Made by a program: the position numbers and the translations under genes. Positions 1-10,058 of a stretch of DNA of 64,000 bases are shown in pieces (position 1 is the first letter of the stretch; each line of letters begins with the position of its first letter). The notes beneath the pieces were generated by a model. The model was not told the origin of the DNA, searched no databases, and was given only the letters and a program-made list of their open reading frames with translations. The stretch comes from Microgenomates group bacterium GW2011_GWC1_46_15 (GTDB lineage Bacteria > Patescibacteriota > Microgenomatia > UBA1400 > UBA12028): assembly GCA_001002285.1 (NCBI GenBank), contig LCLX01000002.1, positions 3,827 to 67,826 on the forward strand. Reading direction: 5' to 3'.

Positions 1-269
1 ACCGTTGGTTTGCCACTTGGATCAGAAACACTAGAAAGATACCCGACTGGTTTATTGAGTAAATAATAGACAAACTGCGCCGGAGCAGAAACAGGTTTTC
101 CATCGTACTCCACGCGGTCTTTTTCCGGATTCACACGTTCCGCGACATTTGTTATTACTTTTCCGTTTACACGGACTTTTCCTTCCGCAATCAACACTTC
201 CGCTTTGCGGCGCGACGCAACACCCGCGTGCGCGAGAAAGACGTGGAGCTTGGGATGGGGTATCGGCAT
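1..269 (-). CDS. rRNA pseudouridine synthase, RsuA/RluB family (N-terminal part; runs off the window)
   Basis: Manual translation MPIPHPKLHVFLAHAGVASRRKAEVLIAEGKVRVNG...YYLLNKPVGYLSSVSDP shows the S4 domain and NKPxG motif. Not in the ORF track. Confidence 0.9.
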   Translation of the reverse strand, partial: MPIPHPKLHVFLAHAGVASRRKAEVLIAEGKVRVNGKVITNVAERVNPEKDRVEYDGKPVSAPAQFVYYLLNKPVGYLSSVSDPSGKPT

Positions 270-315
270 ACGCGTATTGTACATCTCAACTGAATATAAA
301 CGCGTATTACTCAAC

Positions 316-510
316 TTATTCAGTTTTTTTCGATAGTTTCTTCGCGAGCAAGTCGTGCGTGTTTTTCATTGATTCTTCAGCGCTCATACTCATTGCATCT
401 GCCGCCGCTTTAAACGTTGCGTCAGTAATTGATTTGCCGTTGGGATCAGCTCCCGCATTGCCTTTGCCCATTGCATCGTTTGACCGTCCACACCCGCAGT
501 TGTAACATAT
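316..510 (-). CDS. Small CxxCxC protein (64 aa) with apparent ATA start
   Basis: AGGAGG, 4 nt, then an open frame (I/M)CYNCGCGRSNDAMGKG...SITDATFKAAADAM...KTE-stop. Confidence 0.65.
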   Translation of the reverse strand: MCYNCGCGRSNDAMGKGNAGADPNGKSITDATFKAAADAMSMSAEESMKNTHDLLAKKLSKKTE

Positions 511-542
511 AGACCCTCCTTTGATGATGATATGATACGTTC

Positions 543-1148
543 ATGCTACACCATGTGGCGAAACACTTTCAACACCACGATCCAAAACTTCATGCGTACG
601 TAGAAAAAGTAGAGAAAATCGGCAAGATCACGCTTACTTCTTCGCATGATTTTTTTGCAAGCTTGTGCAGCGATATTATCGGCCAGCAGTTGTCTGGCAA
701 AGCGGCAGATGCGATTTATGGTCGGTTTGAAAAATTGTTTCCTAAAAATACACCAACCGCGCAACGTATTTTAAAACTTTCAGATGAAAAACTCCAGAGT
801 GTGGGTATTTCGGGCGCAAAAACACGATCATTACAAGATTTGGCAACGCACGTCGTACAAAAAAAGGTTGATCTTTCCAAGTTTCCCGACATGACCGATG
901 ATGAGATTAAAACAACACTCATTCGGGTAAAAGGAATCGGCCCATGGACCGCGGAAATGTTTTTGATGTTTTCGCTCGCGCGCGAAGATGTGTTTTCGTT
1001 CGGTGATCTTGGGTTGAAAAAAGCAATTCAGCGCGTGTATGGGTTAAAAAACCATCCGACAGAAAAACAAATGCTCGCGCTGAGTAAAAAGTGGCAGCCA
1101 TATCGCACATACGCAGCGCGGATACTGTGGAAGGTGCTGGATACATAG
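543..1148 (+). CDS. alkA: DNA-3-methyladenine glycosylase II (AlkA, HhH-GPD family)
   Basis: IIGQQLS, HhH motif VKGIGPWTAEM, DLGL and WQPYRTYA. Confidence 0.9.
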   Translation: MLHHVAKHFQHHDPKLHAYVEKVEKIGKITLTSSHDFFASLCSDIIGQQLSGKAADAIYGRFEKLFPKNTPTAQRILKLSDEKLQSVGISGAKTRSLQDLATHVVQKKVDLSKFPDMTDDEIKTTLIRVKGIGPWTAEMFLMFSLAREDVFSFGDLGLKKAIQRVYGLKNHPTEKQMLALSKKWQPYRTYAARILWKVLDT

Positions 1149-1188
1149 GAATATAGACATTCTATTTTGGGTAGAGTATAGTGTTTCT

Positions 1189-1533
1189 ATGCCAGAATAT
1201 GAAATTCTTTACTATATTTCAGAACATAAAAGAAACGTTATTAAAGAATTTCTTGAGTCACTTTCTCTAAAACAGAAAGAAAAAGTGTTTCGTGTTTTCA
1301 CGCATATACAAGAATATGGATTACGGAAAGAAATTCATCAACTCAAAAAAATAACAAAAACCTCTCTCTGGGAATTACGCATTCTTGGAAAAGATAATAT
1401 TCGTTTATTGTGCGTTTCATTACAAAACAAACGCGTTCTTATCCTTCATGGTTTTTTGAAAAAATCACAGAAACTTCCTCTTCATGAGTGTAATGTCGCA
1501 CAAAAAAGATTGGAACAGTACCTTGACAATTGA
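1189..1533 (+). CDS. RelE/HigB-like type II toxin (Gp49/DUF891-like)
   Basis: LWELRI...ILHGFLKKSQKLP signature; lies upstream of an HTH gene. Confidence 0.85.
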   Translation: MPEYEILYYISEHKRNVIKEFLESLSLKQKEKVFRVFTHIQEYGLRKEIHQLKKITKTSLWELRILGKDNIRLLCVSLQNKRVLILHGFLKKSQKLPLHECNVAQKRLEQYLDN

Positions 1534-1552
1534 TATCGTATACAATATCATT
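1523..1552 (+). promoter_or_regulatory. Antitoxin promoter with overlapping palindromic operator
   Basis: TTGACA (1523-1528), 17 nt, TATCAT; palindrome TGATAT-c-GTATAC-a-ATATCA at 1531-1550. Confidence 0.6.
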
Positions 1553-1577
1553 CTCATGATAGCGATAAAAGGAACAT

Positions 1578-1856
1578 ATGAAAACATATACATTTAAAAA
1601 TCATCTTAAAGAAAGCTTAAAAGATATTCGTTTCCGTGACGTGTGGAAAAAGGGTGATCTCGAGTATCAGCTCGCACGTCAAATTATCCGTCTTCGCATT
1701 CAAAAAAAATTGTCCCAAAGAGCGTTGGCAAAAAAATTGAAGACAACACAAGCAAAAATTTCTCAGGTTGAACGCATGACTGCTAATCCATCGCTTGCTT
1801 TTCTCAAGAAAATCGGAGAGGCTTTTGATAAACGCGTGAGTATTCGTATTACTTAA
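1578..1856 (+). CDS. XRE-family HTH antitoxin (HigA-like)
   Basis: LSQRALAKKLKTTQAKISQVE...NPSL HTH; follows the toxin gene. Confidence 0.85.
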   Translation: MKTYTFKNHLKESLKDIRFRDVWKKGDLEYQLARQIIRLRIQKKLSQRALAKKLKTTQAKISQVERMTANPSLAFLKKIGEAFDKRVSIRIT

Positions 1857-1862
1857 TATAAA

Positions 1863-2753
1863 CTACAAAATCACACCCTCGTCCCGGTCTTCGCCGCCCA
1901 ATAACCCGCTTTCTTTTTTCAAGATGTACACATCTCTTCTTCCATGCGTATCAACACCAACACACTCTGCTTCACCGCGTAAAATCGCCTCATACGGCTG
2001 GCAGTATCGGCATCCTTCATCTCCGGCAGGGCACTTAAACCGCTCCAGCGCCCGCGCGGTTTTCACCTGCTTAGCAATTTTCATTATTTTTTCTTGCGAT
2101 TCCTGCAAATCCGGCAATGGTTTAGCCACAGGCTCATTACTTAAACCCAAGTACCAATACGCAACACCCGCGACTGGTCGCTTTTGACAGTAATGGGCAA
2201 GCAGATGATAGATGGGGAGCTGAAGCGACTCGGGGTCTTCTTCAGACTTACTCGTTTTAAAGTCAATAATTGTGATGCTGTCATCTTTTTCATGATAGTG
2301 AAGCCAGTCAATTTTCCCGCACAAGATAATACCGTCGTCCTCCGAAAGCCAAAACTGTGGAAGATCCATATTGAGCAACTTCACCGCTTTTTCTGCAATA
2401 GGACCGGGGTGTTGCGTTACGCGCGCCAGCATTTCTTTCCCGCGGTTTTTATATGTTTGCTCCGTTGAGTCGTCCCAAAATCCACCTTTCTTGCCGGACA
2501 CTTTTTTCCACGCTGTTTCAAACTTTTCTACAAGGGGCTGGATAAAGCGCTGTTCGACCGGCAACACCGAGAGCGACTCAACAACTTCATGCACCGCCTG
2601 TCCCAACGCAAGCGGGGGAGACATCAGCACGACTTTCCTGCCAGTTTTGGAATCTTTATACACGTTTTTCAGAAAATACGCGCGGGGACACCGTAAAAAA
2701 TCACTGATTGAAGAATACGAGAGCCACACAGCGGCATATTTGTCCGGAGGCAT
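1863..2753 (-). CDS. PD-(D/E)XK nuclease family protein (RecB/AddB-like, four Cys)
   Basis: SYSSISDFLRCPR, GKID, IIDFKT, QLPIY, and C-terminal C...CRYC. Confidence 0.8.
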   Translation of the reverse strand: MPPDKYAAVWLSYSSISDFLRCPRAYFLKNVYKDSKTGRKVVLMSPPLALGQAVHEVVESLSVLPVEQRFIQPLVEKFETAWKKVSGKKGGFWDDSTEQTYKNRGKEMLARVTQHPGPIAEKAVKLLNMDLPQFWLSEDDGIILCGKIDWLHYHEKDDSITIIDFKTSKSEEDPESLQLPIYHLLAHYCQKRPVAGVAYWYLGLSNEPVAKPLPDLQESQEKIMKIAKQVKTARALERFKCPAGDEGCRYCQPYEAILRGEAECVGVDTHGRRDVYILKKESGLLGGEDRDEGVIL

Positions 2754-2778
2754 AGGGTACTAGTATAGCAGAGGAGGT

Positions 2779-3057
2779 TTAGTGATTTATTCCAGAAGAA
2801 GTTTTTTCGGGTCTTCCATCACCTGCGATAAGTTCAAAATGACCATTATCTATGATTAAAGATGCAAGAGCTCCGTGCGGATAGTGTTGTATCATTTCCT
2901 TCGCCGCTATTAATACCTCATCAAGTGCTTGTTGCACTGTTTCATTCAAACCAATGATTGCTCTTCCAACTTCCATTCTCCAAATGAGTTCTTCAAAAGG
3001 ATATTTTTTCCCAGGAATAATCCGAGTTGTTTCTAGATCTAACCGTGTTGCAGACAT
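2779..3057 (-). CDS. Hypothetical protein
   Basis: 92 aa ORF filling the gap; no motif recognised. Confidence 0.5.
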   Translation of the reverse strand: MSATRLDLETTRIIPGKKYPFEELIWRMEVGRAIIGLNETVQQALDEVLIAAKEMIQHYPHGALASLIIDNGHFELIAGDGRPEKTSSGINH

Positions 3058-3151
3058 CGTACCAAGGATTATGCTCCTTCCATTGACTTCGTCTTCTTTT
3101 CCACCCTATACTGAACATACTTTCTGAATCTTCAGGGAGGGGGTGAGATAC

Positions 3152-3361
3152 ATGAAACTGCTCCACATTGTTGCTTTCCTCTTGGTTGTGATTGGCGCGA
3201 TAAACTGGGGTTTGGTCGGTCTTGCGAACTATAATCTCGTTGAAATGCTTTTTGGCTCTGTTTCCGGACTTGTCCAACTCGTCTACGTGCTTGTTGGTGC
3301 TTCCGGCGTCGTGCTGTTGGTCACACATAAAAGTGATTGCAAAGTTTGTCCAAAGATGTGA
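3152..3361 (+). CDS. DUF378-family small membrane protein
   Basis: LVVIGAINWGLVG...YVLVGASG; SD GGAGG; C-terminal CKVC. Confidence 0.85.
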   Translation: MKLLHIVAFLLVVIGAINWGLVGLANYNLVEMLFGSVSGLVQLVYVLVGASGVVLLVTHKSDCKVCPKM

Positions 3362-3376
3362 TGTTTTTGAAAAGAG

Positions 3377-3407
3377 AAAGGGCGGTCCTGTTTTGGGGCC
3401 GCTTTTT
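3377..3407. terminator. Probable bidirectional intrinsic terminator
   Basis: aaagGGCGGTCC-loop-GGGCCGCTtttt between convergent genes. Confidence 0.7.
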
Positions 3408-3415
3408 GGTCGAAA

Positions 3416-3625
3416 TTATTGATTAGGAGTGTCAGAATTCTTTTCATGTTTCAGAAGCCACCACTCCATAAATCTATCCCAATCGACTCCTTCTCCCATA
3501 CACGCTAAGTTGAGTCGTAACACAGACATGCCTGGGTCCTCTTGAACTCGACGAGCGAGGCGGGCGTATTTTTCAACTTCCGCTGGAGAAAACTGATATC
3601 CAATTTCGTATGCAACGGTGACCAT
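3416..3625 (-). CDS. Hypothetical protein (MVTVAYEIG...)
   Basis: 3' part of the track ORF; TATACT lies 7 nt before ATG 3625. Confidence 0.5.
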   Translation of the reverse strand: MVTVAYEIGYQFSPAEVEKYARLARRVQEDPGMSVLRLNLACMGEGVDWDRFMEWWLLKHEKNSDTPNQ

Positions 3626-3692
3626 GCCGACTAGTATACAGAACCTGTCAAGCATTTTTCTAGACATTAATGTGTTAGCGTATAATGCATAC

Positions 3693-4130
3693 ATGGGTAG
3701 ATCGATCATGGCTAAAGCGACTAGCGCTCGAAAAAGTTTTGAAGAGATTGGACACTCATCCCTTCTCCCTGAACCACAAGATGAGCGACGCATAGAAATT
3801 TCTCTTCGCGCAACATCAATGTTACTTGGCATTTCGCTTGCCACACTTCGTTTTCTTGAAAAAAAAGGTGTTATGTTCACCATAATGATGAAGGGGGAAA
3901 GAGCGAATGTTTCGCTTGTTTTACCAAGAGAGTTTGATAGTGGGAGTGAAGTAACAAAAACAAAAAATGCATATTTTGAACTCCTGAAAAGGATAAAAAA
4001 ACCGCCTCAAATTGCTGATCCACAACAATTAACAGCTCTTCAGGAAATCGCTACAAAACTTTTTTACTCTCTTCCAAAAGGAACTCGGGAAGAATTAAAA
4101 GTGAATGGGTACGGTCCATTTTTTTCATAG
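3693..4130 (+). CDS. Hypothetical protein
   Basis: TAGACA...TATAAT directly before ATG 3693; divergent from the 3625 gene. Confidence 0.55.
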   Translation: MGRSIMAKATSARKSFEEIGHSSLLPEPQDERRIEISLRATSMLLGISLATLRFLEKKGVMFTIMMKGERANVSLVLPREFDSGSEVTKTKNAYFELLKRIKKPPQIADPQQLTALQEIATKLFYSLPKGTREELKVNGYGPFFS

Positions 4131-4169
4131 CAGACGATACAGTGCAAGACAGTATGCTACGATAAAAAT

Positions 4170-4310
4170 ATGATCGTCAAACGAAAAAAAGGGTATTATG
4201 TCCTTTCGGAAAAGACCAGGAGAAATTTGGGCGGGCCGTATAAAACACGCGAGGAAGCAGTAAAACGATTACGCCAGGTAGAGTATTTTAAGCACTTGGA
4301 AAAGAAATAA
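4170..4310 (+). CDS. Small basic protein (46 aa)
   Basis: MIVKRKKGYYVLSEKTRRNLGGPYKTREEAVKRLRQVEYFKHLEKK; TACGAT lies 6 nt before ATG. Below the ORF track cutoff. Confidence 0.75.
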   Translation: MIVKRKKGYYVLSEKTRRNLGGPYKTREEAVKRLRQVEYFKHLEKK

Positions 4311-4341
4311 CGTCTTATGTGCAGTGTGCTATCATGAATCT

Positions 4342-4593
4342 ATGATGTATTTTAATCAATGGTATTCTCCTGAATTTAACCCCACATTCATGCTGGGAGC
4401 TATGCAGTGGTTTCTCCCACTGATTCTTCTTGATCTCATTCTCCGCGGTGTCGCATTGTGGCGGGCGGCGAAAGCAGGGCAACAATGGTGGTTTATCGCG
4501 CTCCTTGTCGTAAATTCGGCAGGCATTCTTCCTCTCATTTATCTTCTTCTCTACCGAGAAAAAACTGTTTCATCGGCACGAAAAAAACGCTAA
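4342..4593 (+). CDS. DUF5652-like small membrane protein
   Basis: LRGVALWRAAK...WFIALLVVNSAGILPLIY. Confidence 0.8.
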   Translation: MMYFNQWYSPEFNPTFMLGAMQWFLPLILLDLILRGVALWRAAKAGQQWWFIALLVVNSAGILPLIYLLLYREKTVSSARKKR

Positions 4594-4640
4594 ATTTTTG
4601 ATGTTGACGTTTCTTTCTCAAACTCTGCTATAGTAATCGA

Positions 4641-5174
4641 ATGGAAGAAACATGTCCAAAGTGTGGTTCGCCATTATCGCCAGTTACGCAGACTGCAACT
4701 GGTCGCCAACTTCAGCGGTGCTCAAAAGGAAGTTGGAACAAGGAAACAAAAAAGAACGAGGGGTGTGATTACGTCAAATGGCTTGTTCCTGAGCCAAAAA
4801 CACTCGATGAGAAATGTCCCAAGTGTGGTTCCCCCGTTGTGTTAGTCCAAACACGGTTTGGCAAGAAGATGAAGAAGTGCTCAACAAATGTGTGGAACAA
4901 AGAAACGAAAAAAGCCGAAGGGTGCGATTTTATTGAATGGATCAATGGAACAACAAAAGAACTGGATGAGGATTGTCCGCAATGTGGAAAAAAACTTGTG
5001 TTGTACACAACGTCGAGTGGTAAAAAGATGAAAAAATGCTCAACAAGCGGTTGGGCCAGCGCAAAGCGGCAGGCCACGGGATGCACCTATGTGCAGTGGC
5101 TCAAAGCAGGCGAGTATGCATCTGGTAGTGAGCAAAATGGCGAAGAGTTTTTACCCCCAGAGCCGGCGTTTTAA
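4641..5174 (+). CDS. Stand-alone topoisomerase I-type C4 zinc-ribbon repeat protein
   Basis: Three CPxCG...CS...GC(D/T)(Y/F)xxW repeats. Confidence 0.8.
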   Translation: MEETCPKCGSPLSPVTQTATGRQLQRCSKGSWNKETKKNEGCDYVKWLVPEPKTLDEKCPKCGSPVVLVQTRFGKKMKKCSTNVWNKETKKAEGCDFIEWINGTTKELDEDCPQCGKKLVLYTTSSGKKMKKCSTSGWASAKRQATGCTYVQWLKAGEYASGSEQNGEEFLPPEPAF

Positions 5175-5176
5175 TG

Positions 5177-5452
5177 CTATTGTTTTTTCACTATGTTTTG
5201 GATGAGTGCGTCTTTCTCTGGTCGTGACAGTTTTTTGAGAAATGCTTCCCGTTTCATCGCCTCACTGCGCGTACCAAACTTTTCTGTATACACCAACGTA
5301 AATGAAGGAAAGTACCGCATATATTTTGCCGATGCCGGACCATGCGCGCGGTGTTCCTTTAGTCTTTTCTCAAGATCATTTGTTTGGCCAATGTAGTACG
5401 TGTTTGCGGAAGTGCGAAGGATATAGACGATGAAAGAGGTACAACGGACCAT
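5177..5452 (-). CDS. GIY-YIG nuclease family protein (UPF0213-like)
   Basis: VYIL...YYIGQTNDLEKRLKEH...EAMKRE. Confidence 0.85.
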   Translation of the reverse strand: MVRCTSFIVYILRTSANTYYIGQTNDLEKRLKEHRAHGPASAKYMRYFPSFTLVYTEKFGTRSEAMKREAFLKKLSRPEKDALIQNIVKKQ

Positions 5453-5464
5453 ATTTAACTCTTC

Positions 5465-6038
5465 CTATCTCAAAACAGCATTTAGCAATTCAGGAAATTC
5501 AGTAGTCTGCATATCGTCATACGTGAAGTGTCCATAATGATGAAATTCCCGATATTTAATATTCTTAATTTGCTGATGAAGCATATCTACGGTTTTTTGA
5601 GACGCTTTCTTGATCATTATCGGAACAAAATATTGTTACTCCCTTTGTTCGACTTACAAGATCAGAATCAATTTTAAAATCATCAAAAAAATCTTTGGTA
5701 CGGTTATGATCCGGATCGAGCCAGGGGGCGACCAAAATAACTTTATTTACCTTTAGTTTCTTGTGAATACTTAGATATTTTATGAAAAAGCCTGCTCCAG
5801 TGCTATGACCAATTAAAATGGTTTCTGGACCAATATCAAACCGCTCCACCTCACGATTCCAAGTTTGCCAATTTCGGTCAAATGAATGTGGGATTTCGGG
5901 AGTAGCTGCGGCGATGTCTACTTTTAGCAGCTGCCCTTGTAACCAAGGTATCCAGTGAGCATTGCTCATACTTGGCGCTTTAGGGTCATAGTATTCTTTT
6001 TCCGATGGCCCCCCATGCAGAATGATGGCGTTTTTCAT
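5465..6038 (-). pseudogene. RBBP9/YdeN-family alpha/beta hydrolase, frameshifted
   Basis: ILHG, GHSTG and SDND in one frame. The catalytic His segment (HYGHF...EFPELL) lies in another frame after the A6 run at 5593-5598. Confidence 0.8.
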
Positions 6039-6057
6039 AATTGAATTTATCAACGTG

Positions 6058-6128
6058 TTGCCCGGTAAGGAGTTGAACCCTAATAGACGGGACCAAAACC
6101 CGTTGTCCTACCATTAGACGACCGGGCA
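6058..6128 (-). tRNA. tRNA-Gln(TTG)
   Basis: Cloverleaf; anticodon arm ACGGG-ttTTGgt-CCCGT. Confidence 0.93.
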
Positions 6129-6188
6129 TCTAGGTATTACTCAAGCTATTTTACCAGAAAGACGTGGCGATATATACTACACCTCATA

Positions 6189-8055
6189 GTGAAAACAAGA
6201 ATTTTCGCGGCACTCGCGGCACTGGCGATTGGAATTACCCTTTTAGCGGTTGGCCTCCAGTTTGCCTCGCCAAGTCAGGCCTCTTCCTCAAAGTCCTACT
6301 CCATCCCCACCGTTCATATTGATGCCACGCTCAACAGAGATGGATCCATGCGCGTGTCCGAGAAACGTACCTACGATTTTTCCGGCAGTTTTTCTTTTGC
6401 ATATCAATACATAAAAAGGCTGAGTGATCAGGCAACACATTCGGGGAGAACCGAGCCGTATACACTCAAGAATTTTAGCGTCTGTGAGGGCGTCATCTGC
6501 TATACCCAACTCCAGCAAGACCGGGCAGAGAGTGGTGATCCCATGCTCCCAACCACGAGATTTTATGTAACAGAAGACGCCGACCAGTACTACATCAAAT
6601 GGTTTTACCGTGCGTATAACGAAACAAAAACGTTCACCATCAACTATACCGTGCAGAACGCGGTTACCCAGCACACTGATACGGCGGAACTGTACTGGAA
6701 GTTGATCGGCGATGACTGGAGTTTGATCCAGCGCAATGTGACCGCCACAATCGTGCTGCCACCCAATATTCCTGGCGACAAAATTCAGGCGTGGGCGCAC
6801 GGGCCACTTAACGGCACCGTACGTATTTCCGATCCACAACATGTTGAGTACTCCACGCCGCTTCTGTCCTCCGGCAAGTTTTTTGAAGCCCGCATCCTTA
6901 TGCCAAAAATTACATTTACAGGTGGCGCAAAAGGAACGCTTACCGAAGTGGAAATTCGCGCGCAGGAACAAGAGTTTATCGTAAAAACCGAACGGCAGAA
7001 GGCTACGCTTCGTGTGTTGGTCAAAGTACTTGCCGGCGTTTCTCTGCTTATTTCAGCACTGTCCCTATTTATCATCAACACATCGTGGCGCCGATTTGTG
7101 AAGTATCACAAGGACGGGCCATTGCCCCAAATCAACCAAGCAAACTCATTGTGGGAGCCTCCGAACGACATTGATCCCGCACAAATCGAGCAACTCTTTA
7201 GTATGCAAAAATCGTTTTCACCAAAAGCGTTTACCGCCACCGTGTTGTCGCTCGTTCAGCATCGGTTCGTTAAAATCACGCGAAGCGATAAAAAAGAAGG
7301 GGTCATTTTTAAAGACTACAAGTATTATCTTGAACAACTACCAAATCCGAGAAAAAGTATGAGTGATATTGAAAAGGCCGTGTTTGATTTTATTTTTGTG
7401 AACGTGGGCGAAGAACCCATTGGAACTAAAAAGGGAGACGATAGAGTTGCCGTTCCACTTGAAAGCATTGTGAGTTATTGTCAAACACACCGCACAACAA
7501 GTTATAGTTTTTTCCAGCATCTTCAAAATGTTGTATACAAAGAAAATTTCGAGGAGGGATACTTTGATAAGATCGCACATAAGTTGGCGGGGAAGTTGCT
7601 TCTTCCATTAGCATTTTTCATCCCGGCAACAATTGTGCAGGGTCTGATTTTGGCATTCACTGCAGAAGCTGCTGGTGTTCTCCGTCCGCTTTTCCAAACG
7701 CTTGTTTCGCTTGGTCCGTTTATTTCCGGAGCGGCATTTGCGTGCACAATCGTGTTTGCGGGATTTGCTGAAAAACGCACCGAAAAAGGCCGGCGGGAAA
7801 CCGCGCAATGGTTGGCATTTCAAAAACATATGAGGGATTACAGACAAACGCGCAAGTATCCTATTGACTCAATTATGTGGAGTATCGGGAAGCAGTGGGT
7901 CAGGATTTTCAGGCTCGTTTGCGAGTAGTTTTTCATCAGTATCATCAGCTTTGGGCTCATTATCATCTGCCGCAATATCATCGTACGGCGCTTCGGGCTC
8001 GGGATCGTCCGGCGGCTCTTCCGGCGGTGGAGGAGGCGGGGGCGGCGGGGGCGGG
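6189..8055 (+). pseudogene. DUF2207-family membrane protein with a frame break near 7880
   Basis: DUF2207 motifs (LYWKLIG, WAHG, FEARIL). The Gly/Ser-rich tail is in a different frame and the expected intervening segment appears to be missing. Confidence 0.75.
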
Positions 8056-8075
8056 TATACGTTTCACAAATCTTT

Positions 8076-9863
8076 TTACTCAACAGGGTTGTTATCTTCT
8101 TGCAAGTTTTCTCCTTTTTCTTCGCCGATAAACCCATCCTGCTGGAGCTGCCACAACTTCTGATAAATCCCATCTTCTTTTTTCACTAAACTTTCGTGTG
8201 TCCCAATCTCTGCGATTTTCCCCTTGTCCAACACAACAATGCGGTCTGCGCGCATAATCGTAGACAATCTATGAGCAATAATGATGCTTGTACGCGGATT
8301 CTTTGGATCTTTTGCAATGGACCAAAATGCGTGTTGAATGCTTCGTTCGGACTCCGAGTCTAGTGAACTTGTTGCTTCGTCAAACAAAATGATCTTAGGC
8401 TGTTCTAGCAAGAGTCGGGCAATTGCTAAACGCTGCCGCTGACCACCGGACAGTTTAATGCCACGTTCACCAACCATTGTTTTGTCTTCTTCCGGAAGTT
8501 TTTTAATAAAATCATCCAATTTTGCCAACTTCAACACATGATCAACCTCTGCGTCACTTGCTTCCGGGCGGGCATACCGCACATTAAATGCAATGGTGTT
8601 GTTAAACATAATCGGATCCTGTGGAACAATTCCAACTAGGCTGCGAAGATAGGATTTTTTCATGTGTGTAATATCAACGTCATCAATTGTAATGTTTCCA
8701 CCAGTTGGGTCAAAAAACCGCATCATTAATTTTGTGATTGTCGTTTTTCCCGCGCCAGAATACCCAACTAAGGCCACAGACTCTCCAGGCTTAATCTCTA
8801 ATGAGAAATCACTCAAAACATCTTCATTGGCATGATATGAAAATGAAACATGATTAAACTGCACGCTCCCACGCAGATTTTTCACTTCTTCGGCGTGTTC
8901 AGGATCAATAACCTTAATTTTTTCGTCCAACAACCCAAGATACCTTTCCAGATCGTCATACCGTTTTGCCAGTTCACGCAAAATAAACAACAAATTGACC
9001 AAACGGGGAAACAAAAAAAGTGAAAATGAACTGACCAGTAAAAAGTCTGGCAAAGAAAGCGCGTGGGACTGCACATCCATCACCGCTAACACCATCACCG
9101 CAATGAGTGCTAGTAAGGAAAAATTGCCAATGATAATGTCAAAATATCGAAACGTTTGAAAATATCTAAGCAAGTCGTCATACCATTTCGTCAGCAATGT
9201 CCCAAATCTCTTTTGCTCGTACGCTTCTTGTGCGAAGTATTTAACCGTATCAAAATTGATCAAGTTATCCACACGTACGCCGGAAACTTCATCATCAGTC
9301 TCACTAAACTTCTTCCGATATTTAATATTCAACTTCACCAAAAAAAGCGAAACAAGAACACTGATAATCGTCACAAGAATGCCAAAAACCATGTAGGACG
9401 ACCGCAACATTGCAAATGTTCCCAACATCATGAGAAATACCAAAACCGTAGCATAGACCTCGCGATTAATGAGGTGGTAAAAACCAAAATATGCTTCATC
9501 TCCACGCCGCATAATACCGATAAGTTTTCCCGAACTTTTATTGGTGTGATAGGCAAAATCAAGATCATGAAGGTGTTTTAAGATAGACCCCTGCAAATCT
9601 ATCGAGGTCCGCGTCATTCCCTGATCACCAATGTAATATGATAACGCGACGATACAATTTCCAATGACAAGTGCGATGCCGAACCATACCAATATCCAAA
9701 ACGCCTGATCAAACGATCCAGTTTGCACTGCAGCGGTCACCCATTTGACAAGAAACGGTTGCGTGTTCGACATCACAATACCCACAGTGAACAACACAAG
9801 ATACACGATAAAATTTCGCGGATATTTAAATATGAACTGATACAAACGTTTTAACACACGCAT
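8076..9863 (-). CDS. ABC exporter, fused permease/ATPase (MsbA/Atm1-like)
   Basis: TM domain, GYSGAGKT, LSGGQRQR, ILFDEATS, AHRLST. Confidence 0.93.
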   Translation of the reverse strand: MRVLKRLYQFIFKYPRNFIVYLVLFTVGIVMSNTQPFLVKWVTAAVQTGSFDQAFWILVWFGIALVIGNCIVALSYYIGDQGMTRTSIDLQGSILKHLHDLDFAYHTNKSSGKLIGIMRRGDEAYFGFYHLINREVYATVLVFLMMLGTFAMLRSSYMVFGILVTIISVLVSLFLVKLNIKYRKKFSETDDEVSGVRVDNLINFDTVKYFAQEAYEQKRFGTLLTKWYDDLLRYFQTFRYFDIIIGNFSLLALIAVMVLAVMDVQSHALSLPDFLLVSSFSLFLFPRLVNLLFILRELAKRYDDLERYLGLLDEKIKVIDPEHAEEVKNLRGSVQFNHVSFSYHANEDVLSDFSLEIKPGESVALVGYSGAGKTTITKLMMRFFDPTGGNITIDDVDITHMKKSYLRSLVGIVPQDPIMFNNTIAFNVRYARPEASDAEVDHVLKLAKLDDFIKKLPEEDKTMVGERGIKLSGGQRQRLAIARLLLEQPKIILFDEATSSLDSESERSIQHAFWSIAKDPKNPRTSIIIAHRLSTIMRADRIVVLDKGKIAEIGTHESLVKKEDGIYQKLWQLQQDGFIGEEKGENLQEDNNPVE

Positions 9864-9945
9864 AACATGTCCTTTACTCTTATACTCTTAGCTCGTCAAC
9901 AAAACCCGCCCCGCAAAAGCGCTTCCGATTATTGAAAAGGGAATG

Positions 9946-10016
9946 AGCGGGTAAGGGGAATCGAACCCCTGGCCCAACCTTGGCAAGGTTGTGTATTACC
10001 ACTATACAATACCCGC
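9946..10016 (-). tRNA. tRNA-Gly(GCC)
   Basis: Cloverleaf; CAACC-ttGCCaa-GGTTG. Confidence 0.93.
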
Positions 10017-10058
10017 AATGACACCTTATTGTACCAAATTGGCCGAATATAATATTCT

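Noticed and set aside
1863-2753. Cas4 / CRISPR system
   Set aside because: The nuclease has a Cas4/AddB-like Cys pattern, but there are no cas1/cas2 genes and I saw no repeat-spacer array in the window.
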